64,000 nt of DNA from Mizuhopecten yessoensis. Taxonomy: Eukaryota. Below are positions 51,589 to 64,000 of the stretch, piece by piece (the stretch's first letter is position 1; each line of letters begins with the position of its first letter). Where the stretch lies: positions 960,522 through 1,024,521 of the forward strand of contig NW_018406552.1 of assembly GCF_002113885.1 (NCBI RefSeq), read 5' to 3'. The position numbers and the translations under genes were made by a program. The notes under the pieces are model-generated. The model had not been told where the DNA came from. It saw only the letters and a program-made list of their open reading frames with translations, and made no database searches.

Positions 51589-52877
51589 CATGATGACTAC
51601 TTTATATATTGTGACAGTTCGTTACCACTCTAAGGCACCTGTTATTTTGTGGGGAACATGATGTCTACTATATATATTGTGACAGGTCGTTACCACTCTA
51701 AAGCACCTGTTATTTTGTGGGGAACATGATGTCTACTATATATATTGTGATAGTCTACCACTCTAAAGCACCTGTTATTTTGTGGGGAACATGATGTCTA
51801 CTATATATATTGTGACAGTTGGTTACCACTCTAAGGCACCTGTTATTTTACGGGGAACATGATGACTACTATATATATTGTGACAGTACTTACCACTATA
51901 AAGCACCTGTTATTTTGTGGGGAACATGATGACTACTATATATATTGCGATAGTTGGTTACCACTATAAAGCACCTGCTATTTTGTGGGGAACATGATGT
52001 CTACTATATATATTGTGACAGTTGGTTACCACTATAAAGCACCTGTTATTTTGTGGGGAACATGATGTCTACTATATATATTGTGACAGTTGGTTACCAC
52101 TCTAAAGCACCTGTTATTTTGTGGGGAACATGATGCCTACTATATAAATTGTGATAGTTGGTCACCACTCTAAAGCACCTGTTATTTTGTGGGGAACATG
52201 ATGACTACTATGTATATTGTGACAGTTGGTTACCACTCTAAAGCCCCTGTTATTTGTGGGGAACATGATGACTACTATATATATTGTGACAGGTCGTTAC
52301 CACTCTAAAGCACCTGTTATTTTGTGGGGAACATGATGACTACTATGTATATTGTGACAGTTGGTTACCACTCTAAAGCCCCTGTTATTTGTGGGGAACA
52401 TGATGACTACTATATATATTGTGACAGTTGGTTACCACTCTAAAGCACCTGCTATTTTGTGGGGAATATGATGTCTACTATATATATTGTGATAGTTTGT
52501 TACCACTCTAAAGCACCTGTTGTTTTGTGGGGAACATGATGCCTACTTTATATATTGTGACAGTTACTTACCACTCTAAAGCACCTGTTATTTTGTGGGG
52601 AACATGATGTCTACTATATATATTGTGACAGTTGGTTACCACTCTAAAGCACCTGCTATTTTGTGGGGAGTGTGATGTCTACTATATATATTGTGATATT
52701 TTGTTACCACTCTAAAGCACCTGTTATTTTGTGGGGAACATGATGTATACTATATATATTGTGACAGTGCCTACCACTCTAAATCACCTGTTATTTTGCA
52801 GGGAACATGATGCCTACTATATATATTGTGACAGTACTTACCACTCTAAAGCACCTGTTATTTTGCGAGGAACATGA
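51589..52877. repeat. Minisatellite, about 68-bp unit, about 19 copies
   Basis: CATGATGTCTACTATATATATTGTGACAGTTGGTTACCACTCTAAAGCACCTGTTATTTTGTGGGGAA. Confidence 0.97.
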
Positions 52878-54114
52878 GTTCCACTCATTATTGTGATCAC
52901 TTCCTCTAAATCAAATTTGATCTGTGATTTTTTTTTTTTTTGTGTATTAGCGCTGTGGTGTTTCTTTTAATCTCAGATGAGCTAACTATATAAATACAGT
53001 ACAAAATTATATATTAATTAATAACAGACCAAGGAATATAATTATTTCATGTTTTCATTCAGCCAAAAACTTTATTTTACAAACAAAACTCATGTATCAC
53101 AATTGCAAATACTTCCATCTCTTTCCACACACAAAATATTTTTTCCATTGATATACAATTTACACAATGTCATACTCAGTAGATAGGTTGAAATCTGGCT
53201 GTGCTGTAGCTATGGAGCATCAATAAGTGAAGGGAAATTAATTCTGAAATTTGTTGTTTAATACCGGTAGATGGTTCTATGATAATTTGTTGATATTCAG
53301 GTTTGTGTGTTGTAGCATTATGGAGACTCTTTACTCGTTTAATCCAAAAAATGATTCACCCTGCATCTCATACTTGTTAGTAATATTGTTACCAACTTAT
53401 AAAGTACCATTCGAAAAGAAAATTTCGAATCTAAGTATTATAGTAGTGGAGTGGGTTTCTGTTTCAGTTGGACAGACTACCACTCATCGGAAGGTGTCAA
53501 GTATACAGATTTTTAGTATTTACAGCAAATTGCTATAGTAAAATATTTCTTAAGTTCGGTTTTCTTAAAAATTAATGATATACAATGTATTTATTTACAT
53601 ATTTGCATAGTCTTCCTATTATATAAGGCGACCAATTTTTCACTTCCTTTTTATATTTCAGCAGAATCCCTACATTTTGACGTTCAAATACCATAGATTC
53701 ACTTGTATAGAACAGCTGAGCAGTTAACTTTGTCATTTTATACAATTCTTTCGTCAGATCATCGTACCTGGTATTGTATGTACTTTTCAGACGTTTTAAG
53801 ATTTTACTATGCATTTTTCCCTTCCATGAAAAACTCAATTTTAAATGCTGATGAATATGATATTGATGCTTCACTTTTGAGCAAGGTTACAAAAGATAAT
53901 GTTTAACCAGTTATATACCCACACACTTCCAGTCTAATGAATGAAGTAATCTTTATCATTTTACTTTCAGGGCCTTAAGAGCTTGACTCCTGATCAATTT
54001 CCTGTAATCACCTTCAAGTTAGACACCAACACTTTTAACGAAGAATTTAACAACTCTCTGGTTACTCACAGTTTTCACACAACACAATGCATACACAATA
54101 CAGATTGCTCTGTA

Positions 54115-56848
54115 TCATTTTTTCGAAACCTTTTTCCGAGATGATTTTGTGTCAATTGTACTTGTTTCCAGCTTTTTAGGATCCTTTTCTGTACACATCC
54201 CATGTAATTTCAGCAAAACGTCTAAAGTTGTTAAATTTTTTGTTTTGAATAACACCTTCTGGCCATCAGCTGCAACAAGGAAAAGAAAAAAGATGACAAA
54301 AACTTTTGATTGTAGCGAGGCATGTCCTGTGAAACGGGAAATCATAACAAATATTTTGTTTTTGCAAATATCTATAACTCTAGCTTTCTTATGGTGACAT
54401 AAATAGGAAAGTAACTCCAAACCAGTTTAGCTCTGTCTATTTGAAAGCAATGGGAAAACTAGACAACTTAATTTCCTAATTAGGCATAGGACTTCTTCTT
54501 CTTCTTCTTCTTCTTTTTCTTGTTTTTGATAAATGGCGCCTTCAACTTGAAGTTTATGCCAGTGCTTGTTAGGAAGACTGCATTAGCGTGAAGATTAGAT
54601 ATTACAGTGTTGTTTTTTAAGTAGTTTTATGGTGGTTAAGATTAAACTAATACGGTAAAAATATCTGTAAGTTTTGTTCTGTAAGTACATGACTATGGAT
54701 GGACATAGGTATTCCCGAACAAAGATGGCTGGTTATCATGTTTATCTGACTGGAGTGAGTTAGTTTTCAAGGCACAAAGGTTTACCGAGTGTGTTTCATA
54801 GTTTGAAAATTAAGTAACAATTAAGAGCTAGATAAACATGCTTATCAATCATAATGAGTTTTGGGGCCTTTTTCTCCCTCAAAGTTCAGATATTATATCT
54901 AGAAAACCTTATGTTTCTCTTGGGAATACCTTGTTCCTGTTGATCGGGGAAACAGTGCAATGAACTATGACATCATCGCAAAGCATTATTACTTGACGTC
55001 ATAATTAGAAGATTGACAAATGAAATAATGTCAAGGGTGTTACCCACTAGTGGGTAACCAAAAATATTTACGAACTCCTAGCAGGTTTATCCCATGAGTC
55101 GAGAGTGAGGAAACCTATAGTGGTTGTGGCAGACATTAAGTTATGAATGTCTGTGAAACTTGGGCCAGATTCATGTACTTATCAGTCTAGCCCGAGTTTC
55201 CTCTGGCCCCAACACCAGACTTAGACATTTTGACAGATAGATGCCTGGTGTGGGGCCAGAGTGCACTCCTATATGAAAACGTGGAATTCTCAGACACCAT
55301 TTGGTATCAGAGAGTTATGAGGTATGGACAACAAAAATCTATTATGACACAGACACAACACATACCTCACATATATATCGATAAATGGATTATTTATTTA
55401 TCCAAATCCACTCTTATTATCACCAACAGCTGCTAAATTCTGTCAATAGACTCCTCGGTTTTCAATCGTTTAAAATTTCCCACCTGAGCGAACGCCAATT
55501 TGTAGTTCATGGGAGTGACCAATCAACAAACTGTACTGATCCGGGCCTAAAACGGAATATATCATTCTTGTTTAGAAAATGTCTGGACCGCGTCTTTTTT
55601 ATTGATTATTCAATCCCGATACCAAACGGTGTCGGAGAATTCCACGTTTTCATACAGGAGTGTGCTCTGCACCAGCACCAGACATCTATATTTATTATTT
55701 TTTCATGTTATTCTCGACAAGAGATTGGCCAGGAGTCTTTCATGTGTCCACCGATAAAAAACGATATTGACTTGGAGCGCGTGATTTTTGTTGAAGGACT
55801 GGGTGTTTCTTAAAATAGAATTATGACTTGTCTCCAAACAATGCACCGTCCAACTTCCGAAGCTTTTTTGTTGTGGGTTTTTTTCAGATTGCTTACATTA
55901 CTGTTTTGTAAAATAATAAAACAATTGTAGCCTTTAACTTCGGTTAATACCTGGATTTATCGACCTGAGAAAAGAAATATTGACCTCGACTGCGTCCTCT
56001 GTCAATATATCTTTTCTCGGGTTAATAAATCCAGGTATCGACCCTCAGCCAAAGCCTATAATTGAATAATGGCAAAATGTCTAAGTCTGGTGTTAATTAT
56101 AGAGCCAGAGAAAACTCAGGCTAATATCAGCTGTTTCAATACTTACTGAAATCTACTTTCATCTCTGGCTCAGACTGATCCGACATGATATCCACCTTGG
56201 GTACACAGTTTAAATTGGTTGACAGAATTTTATCTGAATGTAGTGCATAAAGCACTTCCCTGAAACAATATAATAAATACAATTTAATTTTACAGATTTC
56301 ATTCTCTTTAAAATTGCTTTAAAACACTTTTTTCTATACGGGAACTTTCTGTGAACACAATCGCGGCACCGAAACCGATGACGGCCATAATCAGCAAGTG
56401 AAATTTATTTTGTTGACAATTTTTTTTTTTTTATTCAGTTTTTTTTAAAGGCACATACTTGCATGATTGCGACAATTGTTTGTCCGCATTTAGAAGTTTT
56501 AGTTGATTTTTTTCTCCTTTAAATAACTAGATTGAACACGCGTTAACAAAGTTATACATGCAGGTAATTTCAACAGTTTTCTACCGATATCAGTACGAAA
56601 TCACGGTTGCTCTTATATGTTAAGGTTGGTTCGGGCACCGAAGATTACACGAGGATACCAAAGTCGACCTCTAACAGTGATCATCCATTTGCAACACTGT
56701 CACCGGCCACAACAGTTTGAGTTATTGTCGTAAATTACCTGATGGCTCTCACGTCTGATGAATATGGATCGAATTTGAATATCATTTTCTTTATTGGCCG
56801 GATTTGAAAATTCTTCAAGATCCCTGAAATGGCCCGATTATGCGCCAT
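54115..56848 (-). CDS. MRPL53: 39S mitochondrial ribosomal protein L53 (mL53), 3 exons, 125 aa
   Basis: Exons 56739-56848, 56147-56259, 54115-54269 give MAHNRAISGILKNFQIRPIKKMIFKFDPYSSDVRAIREVLYALHSDKILSTNLNCVPKVDIMSDQSEPEMKVDFTDGQKVLFKTKNLTTLDVL. This matches the mL53 pattern (RPVK..F.PF, TNLNC, D.SEP...V.F.DG....LT.LE). Confidence 0.92.
55188..56123. mobile_element. TIR-bounded non-autonomous DNA element in MRPL53 intron 2, with a nested palindromic MITE (about 55912-56070)
   Basis: TAGCCCGAGTTTCCTCTGGC...AACACCAGACTTAGACATTTTG pairs with CAAAATGTCTAAGTCTGGTGTT...GCCAGAGAAAACTCAGGCTA. Confidence 0.7.
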
Positions 56849-56862
56849 TTTGAACCGGAAGT
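56842..56862. promoter_or_regulatory. YY1-like (GCGCCATTTT, overlapping the ATG) and ETS/GABP-like (CCGGAAGT) motifs at the MRPL53 start
   Basis: GCGCCATTTT at 56842-56851 and CCGGAAGT at 56855-56862, a pairing typical of housekeeping and mitochondrial gene promoters. Confidence 0.55.
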
Positions 56863-58006
56863 TCCTATCATATCAATCTGAGGTACTAAATGCGGCCTAG
56901 GTATTCTAGAAAACAACACTCACTAAGATTTGTCCGTAGTGTGCTCAGTAGAACTAGGTAGCAGTGCAGTTGTGCCTATCTACATGTATATTATGTTATT
57001 AAAAAGTGATGTAATCGTGACACCTAGAAAATATATTCATGTTTTTTTTAAAGTCTGTGATGATTTTATTGATTACTTCAGAGACTAATCAAATTCCGTG
57101 ATATTACAAATTGTATTATAGGCCTTTACGTCTCTGATTAATTTATTTTTTATTAATTAAGAATTTGACATAGATCTCTAAATTATTCCAAATTATACAC
57201 GCTCTACATTACAGCATATCTGATTGGATTATATTTATCACATAAAAGGGGGAAATAGATTGATTGATCATATTTCATTTGAGCTTGCGGCCCTTAATGA
57301 AACTATAATTAATCTATGCAGGGAAACAAAAAAATCATGTTTAATCTATGGGAATCAAAAAATCATGTTTCCGTACAGGGACAATGTGTCTTCGGGTCGA
57401 AGACTTAAAAAAGGAGAGAGGAATGTAGCGGAAGTGCACTTTCTTACTCCCATTACCACAAGATGACTGTATAGATGTGTGATATGGTCAAAGTTTCTTT
57501 GAATACACAGTACGCGATCTAAATGTTACGAGCAACACCGATAAACGAGGGCTGTTCATGAAAAGTCCTACCATGTTAAGTATCGAGATATACAGTAACG
57601 TTAACAACAAATTGGAATACTGATTTCAAGATACGATGTACATGCATTGTACATGTATAAATTCTGTAAAGCACTACGCCAGACTATGGGCAAACGAGAC
57701 CATGTTAATTGGATTCACTTTCATAGTGGGTCAAAACGCTATCTTTGAACCAAAGGACGGCTTACAACTAAAGTGTACATTAAGCGGGAAGATTTCGACT
57801 CTGTTAATCGTTAATCGTTACTTCCTCTTTCTTGGTTGTAATATCCATACCAGGCTACCTTCGTCGTTTACATGTCGTAGTTGATCCGGTACTTAGTGTC
57901 ATGATTTACGTGATATATGTCGACTGCTGACTGAAAAAAAGACAATACAGGTTTTCCAAAGATGTAGGTTAATGAAAACTATGGACATCATCGGGATCTT
58001 GCAGGG

Positions 58007-58325
58007 CATCCTCGATATCCAGTGGTTACGCTCTCTACACCAGAGCAAAATTAAAGGCTCAGTGTGCGCCACCTTGTTGATGAGATAATATACATGAAAA
58101 TAATCTCGCGGTCAGATAACGGTAAAAAATGACAGGCTCTGAAGTCGGGCGTCTCTCGTTTGTAATCTTCGAAGGACATATGCATGTATCAGCCTAGCGA
58201 TTGGTCAGTGGTTTTTTTTTGCATGAGATCAATCAAACAGCTATCTTCGTGTCTTCAATTTTGCTATGATATATTCCAGGGGTGTAGAGAACGAAAGTGA
58301 GCTTAACCCCTGGATATCGAGGATG
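58007..58325. mobile_element. MITE with about 27-bp TIRs
   Basis: CATCCTCGATATCCAGTGGTTACGCTC / GAGCTTAACCCCTGGATATCGAGGATG. Confidence 0.7.
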
Positions 58326-58574
58326 ATTCCAGGGGTGCAGAGAGCGAAAGGACTAAAACTAATTCTAAGATTAAAAACGTATCCCATTAACTAGATTATT
58401 GATGTTTCTGTCTTAAAATATCAGTCAAATAGCAAAAAACTAGATTCCACAGGGACATCAGAATTTGTTACAGCTATATTTTGACCTAAACTAAGAGTAA
58501 TTTTACATGTTTAAGGGGTTTAGATCGACTTTCGGTAAAAATGACACCCCGATGATCATATATACGAGCTTCTC

Positions 58575-59462
58575 GACTGAATGGGACAAACATATAACAA
58601 CATCACAGCCAATGCCAATAGGTCCCTAGGTTTTCTAAAACGCAACTTAAAAATAAACTCACCACGCATACAAAGAACACGCATACAAAGCACTAGTCAG
58701 GCCAAAACTTGAATACTGTTCTTCCATTTGGGATCCACACAACACAAACCAAATTAAACAAATAGAAAAAACACAACGAAGAGCAGCACTCGCTACGTAA
58801 ACAACAGATACCACAACACCAGCTCCGTAACAGATATGATCCAGACACTACAATGGCCAACACCACAATAATTTTTTTTGCAAAATTGTACACCAAATCG
58901 TCGCTATAAACCCAACACATATACTCACACCCGTAGACCCTCGAACCTATAGGGCGCCGTTTTGGTATTTATTCACAAAATGTGATATCATTAAATCGAT
59001 TTTATGATATCATTAATTCGATTGTATGATATCATAAAATAGACGTATTTAATGTTTTTTATTCACAAAATGTGACATCATTAAATCGATTTAATGATAT
59101 CACATTTTGTGAATAAATACCAAAACGGCGCCCCATACGAACCAAACATGCACACCCTCACGCATACAAACACATATCTGCTACTTTCCACACACAATAA
59201 CACAATGGAATCTCCTTCCCATAGCAGCAGTACAATGCACAACACTAGAGGACTTCAAGGCACACTTACCCTATGCATCCCTTGAAGCCCTCATCACACG
59301 CTGAAACATACGCCAGCTTTTATCTTTTATCTATACCTTGCACAAAAGATCACAAAAAACCCAACTATATCACTGTAAATAACCCCCTTTTTGACGCCAT
59401 GCAATAGGACCCCGAGGGCATAAACATCAACATTGATGGAGCCCCCATAATAAAGAAGAAGA
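58575..59462 (+). pseudogene. Decayed 3' fragment of a CR1-group LINE ORF2 plus 3' tail
   Basis: Frameshifted translation WDKHI..ANRSLGFLKRNL..AYKALVRPKLEYCSSIWDPH..IEKTQRRAA..HTITQWNLLP; ends AATAAAGAAGAAG. Confidence 0.8.
58950..59135. mobile_element. 186-bp MITE with about 55-bp TIRs and TA target duplication, inserted in the CR1 fragment
   Basis: TA|TAGGGCGCCGTTTTGGTATTTATTCACAAAATGTGATATC...GATATCACATTTTGTGAATAAATACCAAAACGGCGCCCCA|TA. Confidence 0.9.
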
Positions 59463-59805
59463 GTCGAGTGCTAGATTCAAGTTCGACATGGGCCCCAAGC
59501 TTTCACGTATCCGGTTCAGCCGCTTCAACCAACTGAACACGAAAAGAAATCTTCGGCGATATGCTAAGATATCGATATCGGGAATAGTTGGACTTTCCGT
59601 AAACAATAAAGTAATTTCTCGTTTACGGAAAATGCCGATGGTTCCCGATTGATCTGAACCGAGGCTAGCCTCAGAAATATATGCAGCACGTGCATATCCA
59701 GGCTCGCATATCGAGGGGTCCAGACGTGACTGACTGAAACAAAAACGTTGAGTTGACAATTGCTAGCGTGCATTATTTGTTCATAAAACAGTGTCAATTT
59801 TCCAT

Positions 59806-62651
59806 GTCTTGTCTTGTCTTGTTGTAGTGTCTTGTCCTCCTTTCGTATAGGAGCTGTCCAGGGATCCTGGAGAGTGATTGGTACATCATATATGGATTAA
59901 AAAGTCATAAAAACCACTATTTGGGTTGGTCCATTAAAATTCACGATATGTATCCAATAAAACAGGAACAATGTCCCTCACCACATGCACATGTACACGG
60001 TACTTCGGAGGTTGGAGATTTTAAAAGTTATTTACATTAGTATAAGATTTCTAAAAACTGGATCGTGGGCTGCTTGAATTGCTACACTACTTGCAGTGGC
60101 ATAATGTCTTAAAAATGCTTAGACAGTTAAAAGCTAAAAGCTAGATATAGTCACTAAAAGCATTTAGAGAGCACTAAAGAGCACTACAAGCGGGTATTAA
60201 AACACAGCAAGCGGTATGGTAAAAGCCCTGAAGCAAGTCCACTAGAAGCGTGCGGTTAAGAATGTTATAAGTTAAAAAGACAGTTTGACGTAACACTGTA
60301 CACTTTAAAAACAAATATAACTCATAGCTTGTTGTTCCTTCCCCTCCCCCTGTAATTTGGATTACAGACCGGATGATTTAACTTTCCACTTTATAGGGAC
60401 TCACAGTTCGTGGTGCCTACACACAGCCGCGAGCTGATAGTATTTCAGCCCGTTTGAGGTGGATGGAGTAGCAGAGGTTGCGCGAAAGTCTCTCCAACTC
60501 TGTTGTGTTCCTACGGTTGAGGGTTACGTGCCCTTGCAGTGTTTTTGATGTTGGGTCCAGAAGAAGCTGTAAAAGTAGGTTGTTTGCCTTGATGGTTTCA
60601 GTAGTGCCCCTTCCACCAATTCTCTCTAGTAGGTCCTCAATTTTTTGCATGTGTCCGATTCTTGTAGACTCCAGCATTTGACATCGGAGTAGGAAATGGC
60701 TAATGTCCTCTTCCTCTTGCATACACAACAAGCAAGTCGTATCAACACTGTTTTTGTTGAATTTTGCCGCTCTGCATTGGAGGTTGTACGTGCTGGTGGC
60801 AAGTCGAGCTTTAATTTCAGCTGCCTTGACGTCTCTTGGTGACGTTCCGGTACTGGCCCAGATGTTGTGTGCCTTATACAGAGGTTGGTCTTGTATTTGG
60901 AGGTAGCGCAGGGAGGATTTTTTTTCCAGATTTTCCTCACAAGTTTTTTTCCAGAGATCGTTGGTTGCTGATTTTAGCATCCGTTTCCATGTTGGTTTTT
61001 TAGGAGGATCTTCGAGAATGGACCACGCTGTTGGGAGGCTGTACTTGCCGAGGAGTTGCGCCGCCCTTGAGGCGAAGCATGAGCTGTCTTGGCTGTTCAT
61101 CAAGAGTGATCTGCGAAGGATGGCATATTCGACAGCTTCTGCGTTTCTAGCAATGTTGACGAAGAAAGTCATGATGTTCTTCTCCAGGGTTATGCTGATT
61201 GGTTCAGCGCCAATTAGCGTGTATACAGCTGTGCTGGCTGTTGCCGTTGGTAATCCCTGGAGTTGCTTCAGTATCTTCCTGTGTGCCTTTTCGATGTTTT
61301 CCCTCTCTGTGATCGTTAATGTCATTACTTCTAGCCCATACGTTAGACGTGGGACAGCGTATGCTCTCCAGAGCTTGTGCGTGGCAGTTGGAGACATGCC
61401 ATTTTTTGCGTATAGCCCCGCTCCTAGCAGTGCATAGATGGTATTCCTTGCACATTTGATCCGTTCATTGGTATTCGCTTTGTTGGTTTTTGAGCGGATT
61501 ATGCCCAGATGTTTTGCTTCCACTGATGGTGTGATTGTGGATTCCCCAAAGTTGACAGCTGACTCGCAGCTTTTGCTGTTTCCATATATAATCAGCTCCG
61601 ATTTTGCAGCATTGATAGTGACTCGATCAAGTTTAGTATGGTGGTCTACGAGCTCCAGAATTGCTTCCATTTCATGGTGGTTATTTGCCAGAAGGGCGAT
61701 GTCGTCTGCACAAGTCGGGCATGCGATGTTGATGTCACCGATGTGGGATCCCATGTCTGTGTTGGTAATACTGTCGAGGATGGTGTTGTTGTATACTTTA
61801 TAGAGTGTTGTCGAAAGTTTGGCGCCCTGTTTGGTTCCTTGCTTAAGATGTACGTTGTTTGAGGTATTGTTTTCCCATTTTACTTTGATGTTGGAGTTCT
61901 TGTACATGTTCCGTAGGAGTATCCATAGTGGTCCTTTTACTCCTGCATGGTATAGTTTGTTGAATAAAATTTCGTGGTTTACGGTGTCAAAGGCTTTTTG
62001 GGCGTCCAACGTCACAAGAAACAACTCCTTTTGGTTTTCCTTTGCGTCTATAATAGCTTCCGAAATCATGAGTGCAGCTCCTAGGGGGGAGACACCAGCT
62101 GTGAATCCTCTTTGGAGTGGATTTTGCTTTTGGTTCAGTATTTCCTCCAGCCTAACCTTGATAATTGCTTCGAAGACTTTAGAGAACACGTTTGTGACGG
62201 TGATACCTCTATAATTAGATGGAATTGTCTTGTCCTTTCCTTTTTTGAGGATCGGTGTAAGGATCCCCTCTTTCATGGGTTGAGTTATGTCCAAGTTTTG
62301 TAGCAGCTTGTTGAATGTTTGAGTTAGTGCTGTTGTTAACTCATGTCCTGCATACTTTAGGTGCTCTGCTGAGATGCCATTTGCGTCCATGGCTTTTCCA
62401 GAGTTGAGGTTCCTAATGGTCGTCTCTACTTCATTTTCCGTGATTACTTGGATCTTTTCATCTTTTGATAATTCCGTTTCCATGATGATGTCGTTTTGGA
62501 TTTTTGATAACATTTCCCTGGTTAGATCTTGGTTGTTTGTCTCTGGCGGGGTGGCCAATTGCTGAAAATGCTTTTCCCATTGCTCTAGGATTTCGAGTGG
62601 CTCAGAGTAGACGTTGTTGTTAACTTGAATGACTTTGGTCATTTTAGACAT
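59806..62651 (-). mobile_element. 5'-truncated non-LTR retrotransposon (possibly RTE-X/Proto2-like; clade uncertain)
   Basis: Uninterrupted ORF at 60417-62651, about 600-nt 3' UTR, (CAAGA)n tail at about 59806-59836, and higher GC than the flanks. Confidence 0.88.
60417..62651 (-). CDS. LINE ORF2 fragment: reverse transcriptase plus C-terminal CCHC zinc knuckle; endonuclease missing
   Basis: Motifs NYRGIT, QRGF, LDAQKAFD, GTKQGAKLSTTLY, PTCADD, KHLG and CLLC...EDISHFLLRC. Confidence 0.92.
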   Translation of the reverse strand: MSKMTKVIQVNNNVYSEPLEILEQWEKHFQQLATPPETNNQDLTREMLSKIQNDIIMETELSKDEKIQVITENEVETTIRNLNSGKAMDANGISAEHLKYAGHELTTALTQTFNKLLQNLDITQPMKEGILTPILKKGKDKTIPSNYRGITVTNVFSKVFEAIIKVRLEEILNQKQNPLQRGFTAGVSPLGAALMISEAIIDAKENQKELFLVTLDAQKAFDTVNHEILFNKLYHAGVKGPLWILLRNMYKNSNIKVKWENNTSNNVHLKQGTKQGAKLSTTLYKVYNNTILDSITNTDMGSHIGDINIACPTCADDIALLANNHHEMEAILELVDHHTKLDRVTINAAKSELIIYGNSKSCESAVNFGESTITPSVEAKHLGIIRSKTNKANTNERIKCARNTIYALLGAGLYAKNGMSPTATHKLWRAYAVPRLTYGLEVMTLTITERENIEKAHRKILKQLQGLPTATASTAVYTLIGAEPISITLEKNIMTFFVNIARNAEAVEYAILRRSLLMNSQDSSCFASRAAQLLGKYSLPTAWSILEDPPKKPTWKRMLKSATNDLWKKTCEENLEKKSSLRYLQIQDQPLYKAHNIWASTGTSPRDVKAAEIKARLATSTYNLQCRAAKFNKNSVDTTCLLCMQEEEDISHFLLRCQMLESTRIGHMQKIEDLLERIGGRGTTETIKANNLLLQLLLDPTSKTLQGHVTLNRRNTTELERLSRNLCYSIHLKRAEILSARGCV

Positions 62652-64000
62652 TTTAGGGTGTTAACAGTTATATCATTAAGTGGACGCATGAAAGAATATA
62701 ACAAATTTTGTTCTTTAACATCGCTATTTAATTATTCCCAAAAACCGAAATAGTGCTTTTTAAGCTCTGCCTTCAGGTGCGTTTGTTTATCGCGGAATAT
62801 TTCTGCGCCACCTGAAGTGTTATCCGGGGTTCGAGAATGCGACCTTCATTACCAAACAGTCCCAGTCGGTACTATCGGTCTTGCACTGGTATTAGTGCCT
62901 TGTCTTTATGTAACGGTACTTTTCATTGGTCGAAACAAAAATCCATTCGGATGGATGGATGTGTTGGCTGGATTTGTGTCGAGGTGTGCTAGTAAATTCA
63001 AATTAGACTTTTTGTGGGACAATCGATACAGAAAACCACTACCCACAGTAAGTTAAAATATGCAATATATGGTTCTAATGTTTTGTTTTTCGTCGAAAAT
63101 AAATATTATATGTCTAAATTAGGGTTTGTAGCAACGCTAGACCTGTTGCCGTTTTTGGCCCGCCATCTTGAATAGACAATACACAAGCACGAGTGATGTC
63201 TTTCAGTTTTACGTTTGTTTGACGTTTCAGAGTTACATTAAAATCATTTCCACATATTTTTTTAACATGGGAGAGATTCTGTCTTACACAGTACACTGTA
63301 TGTCGATATGTACGGGTTTAGTTTTAAAGTATTAACAACATCGAAAGAAAACTTAGGAGAATGTTGCAATATACGCAGTCTGCTGTACATCACTCGCACG
63401 CTGTACTTATCAACATAGAGATCTGTCTGTTATAGCATATAACAAATAATTATAAGGCTATTTCATTGTGAAACATGATCTGTTGACACTTTTGAAGATT
63501 TGAACGTATTTTTGCGAGATGGTTCGTTTGAATGCTAGTCGTTTCGGTAACATGGGTAATAATCCTGCATTCGGGTAACAGTTACCCATTTCACTGATTT
63601 CAGTAATAAATTTAATCCTGAAATGGGTAATAAAGTGAAATAAAAACACACAAAGAAATATTACACATTATAAACAAAAGAGGGCGTCATTCTTTCAACA
63701 TAATCAATTAAAAAATACAATTGTGTACAAAAATATGTAAATCCAGTTGTCTAAATTTTTGTGAAAATGACAAATTGTATCACCTCCATTGCTTATAGTG
63801 TGTTGTAGAGTAGCTATAAAAAGCACACATAAAAAATCATGCTCACCTGTCACATTTGCCAACATACCCATTGACGACACACTGAAGTCAATGGAGAACA
63901 AATAAAGTCAGTGATATGGTTTGTTTGTCCTTTTCACAAAAGGTTAGTCATCAGAATTGATAAATTTTTGTGCACAAATCTACTTCATTGTGTTATTTAT

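Noticed and set aside
51589-52877. 68-bp repeat containing ATGATG(A) as a possible second C/D snoRNA array
   Set aside because: The unit has no CTGA box D, terminal stem or rRNA complementarity.
62817-63056. Short plus-strand ORF ending at a GTAAGT donor, a possible first exon of a downstream gene
   Set aside because: It has no ATG-initiated recognisable product and no downstream exon visible in the window.

Overview
AT-rich, intron- and repeat-rich animal genomic DNA, most likely a bivalve mollusc (inferred from the repeat families; species not determinable). Four protein-coding genes were reconstructed by hand from splice sites and reading phase. (1) TCP1/CCT1 is on the minus strand, with 12 exons, 555 aa and one U12-type intron. 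(2) A divergently transcribed crotonase/enoyl-CoA hydratase is on the plus strand, with 7 exons, about 297 aa, a GC-AG intron, a mitochondrial-type N-terminus and a C-terminal SKL. (3) An orphan microexon gene on the minus strand (47870 to 35402) encodes a single-pass membrane protein and has a tandemly duplicated exon pair. (4) MRPL53 is on the minus strand with 3 exons. The main non-obvious feature is TCP1 intron 10. It holds a tandemly amplified array of at least 8 canonical box C/D snoRNA genes, in sense to the host transcript, whose guide is complementary to the 18S rRNA segment GAAAAAAUUAGAGUGUU. The array runs into an 881-N gap. Also present are nested miniature LTR elements whose LTRs contain tRNA-like Pol III boxes, HINE/Helentron-type elements, several MITEs, four minisatellites, a young 5'-truncated LINE with an intact RT ORF, and a decayed CR1-like LINE. 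All coordinates were read by eye; element boundaries marked approximate may be off by a few bases.
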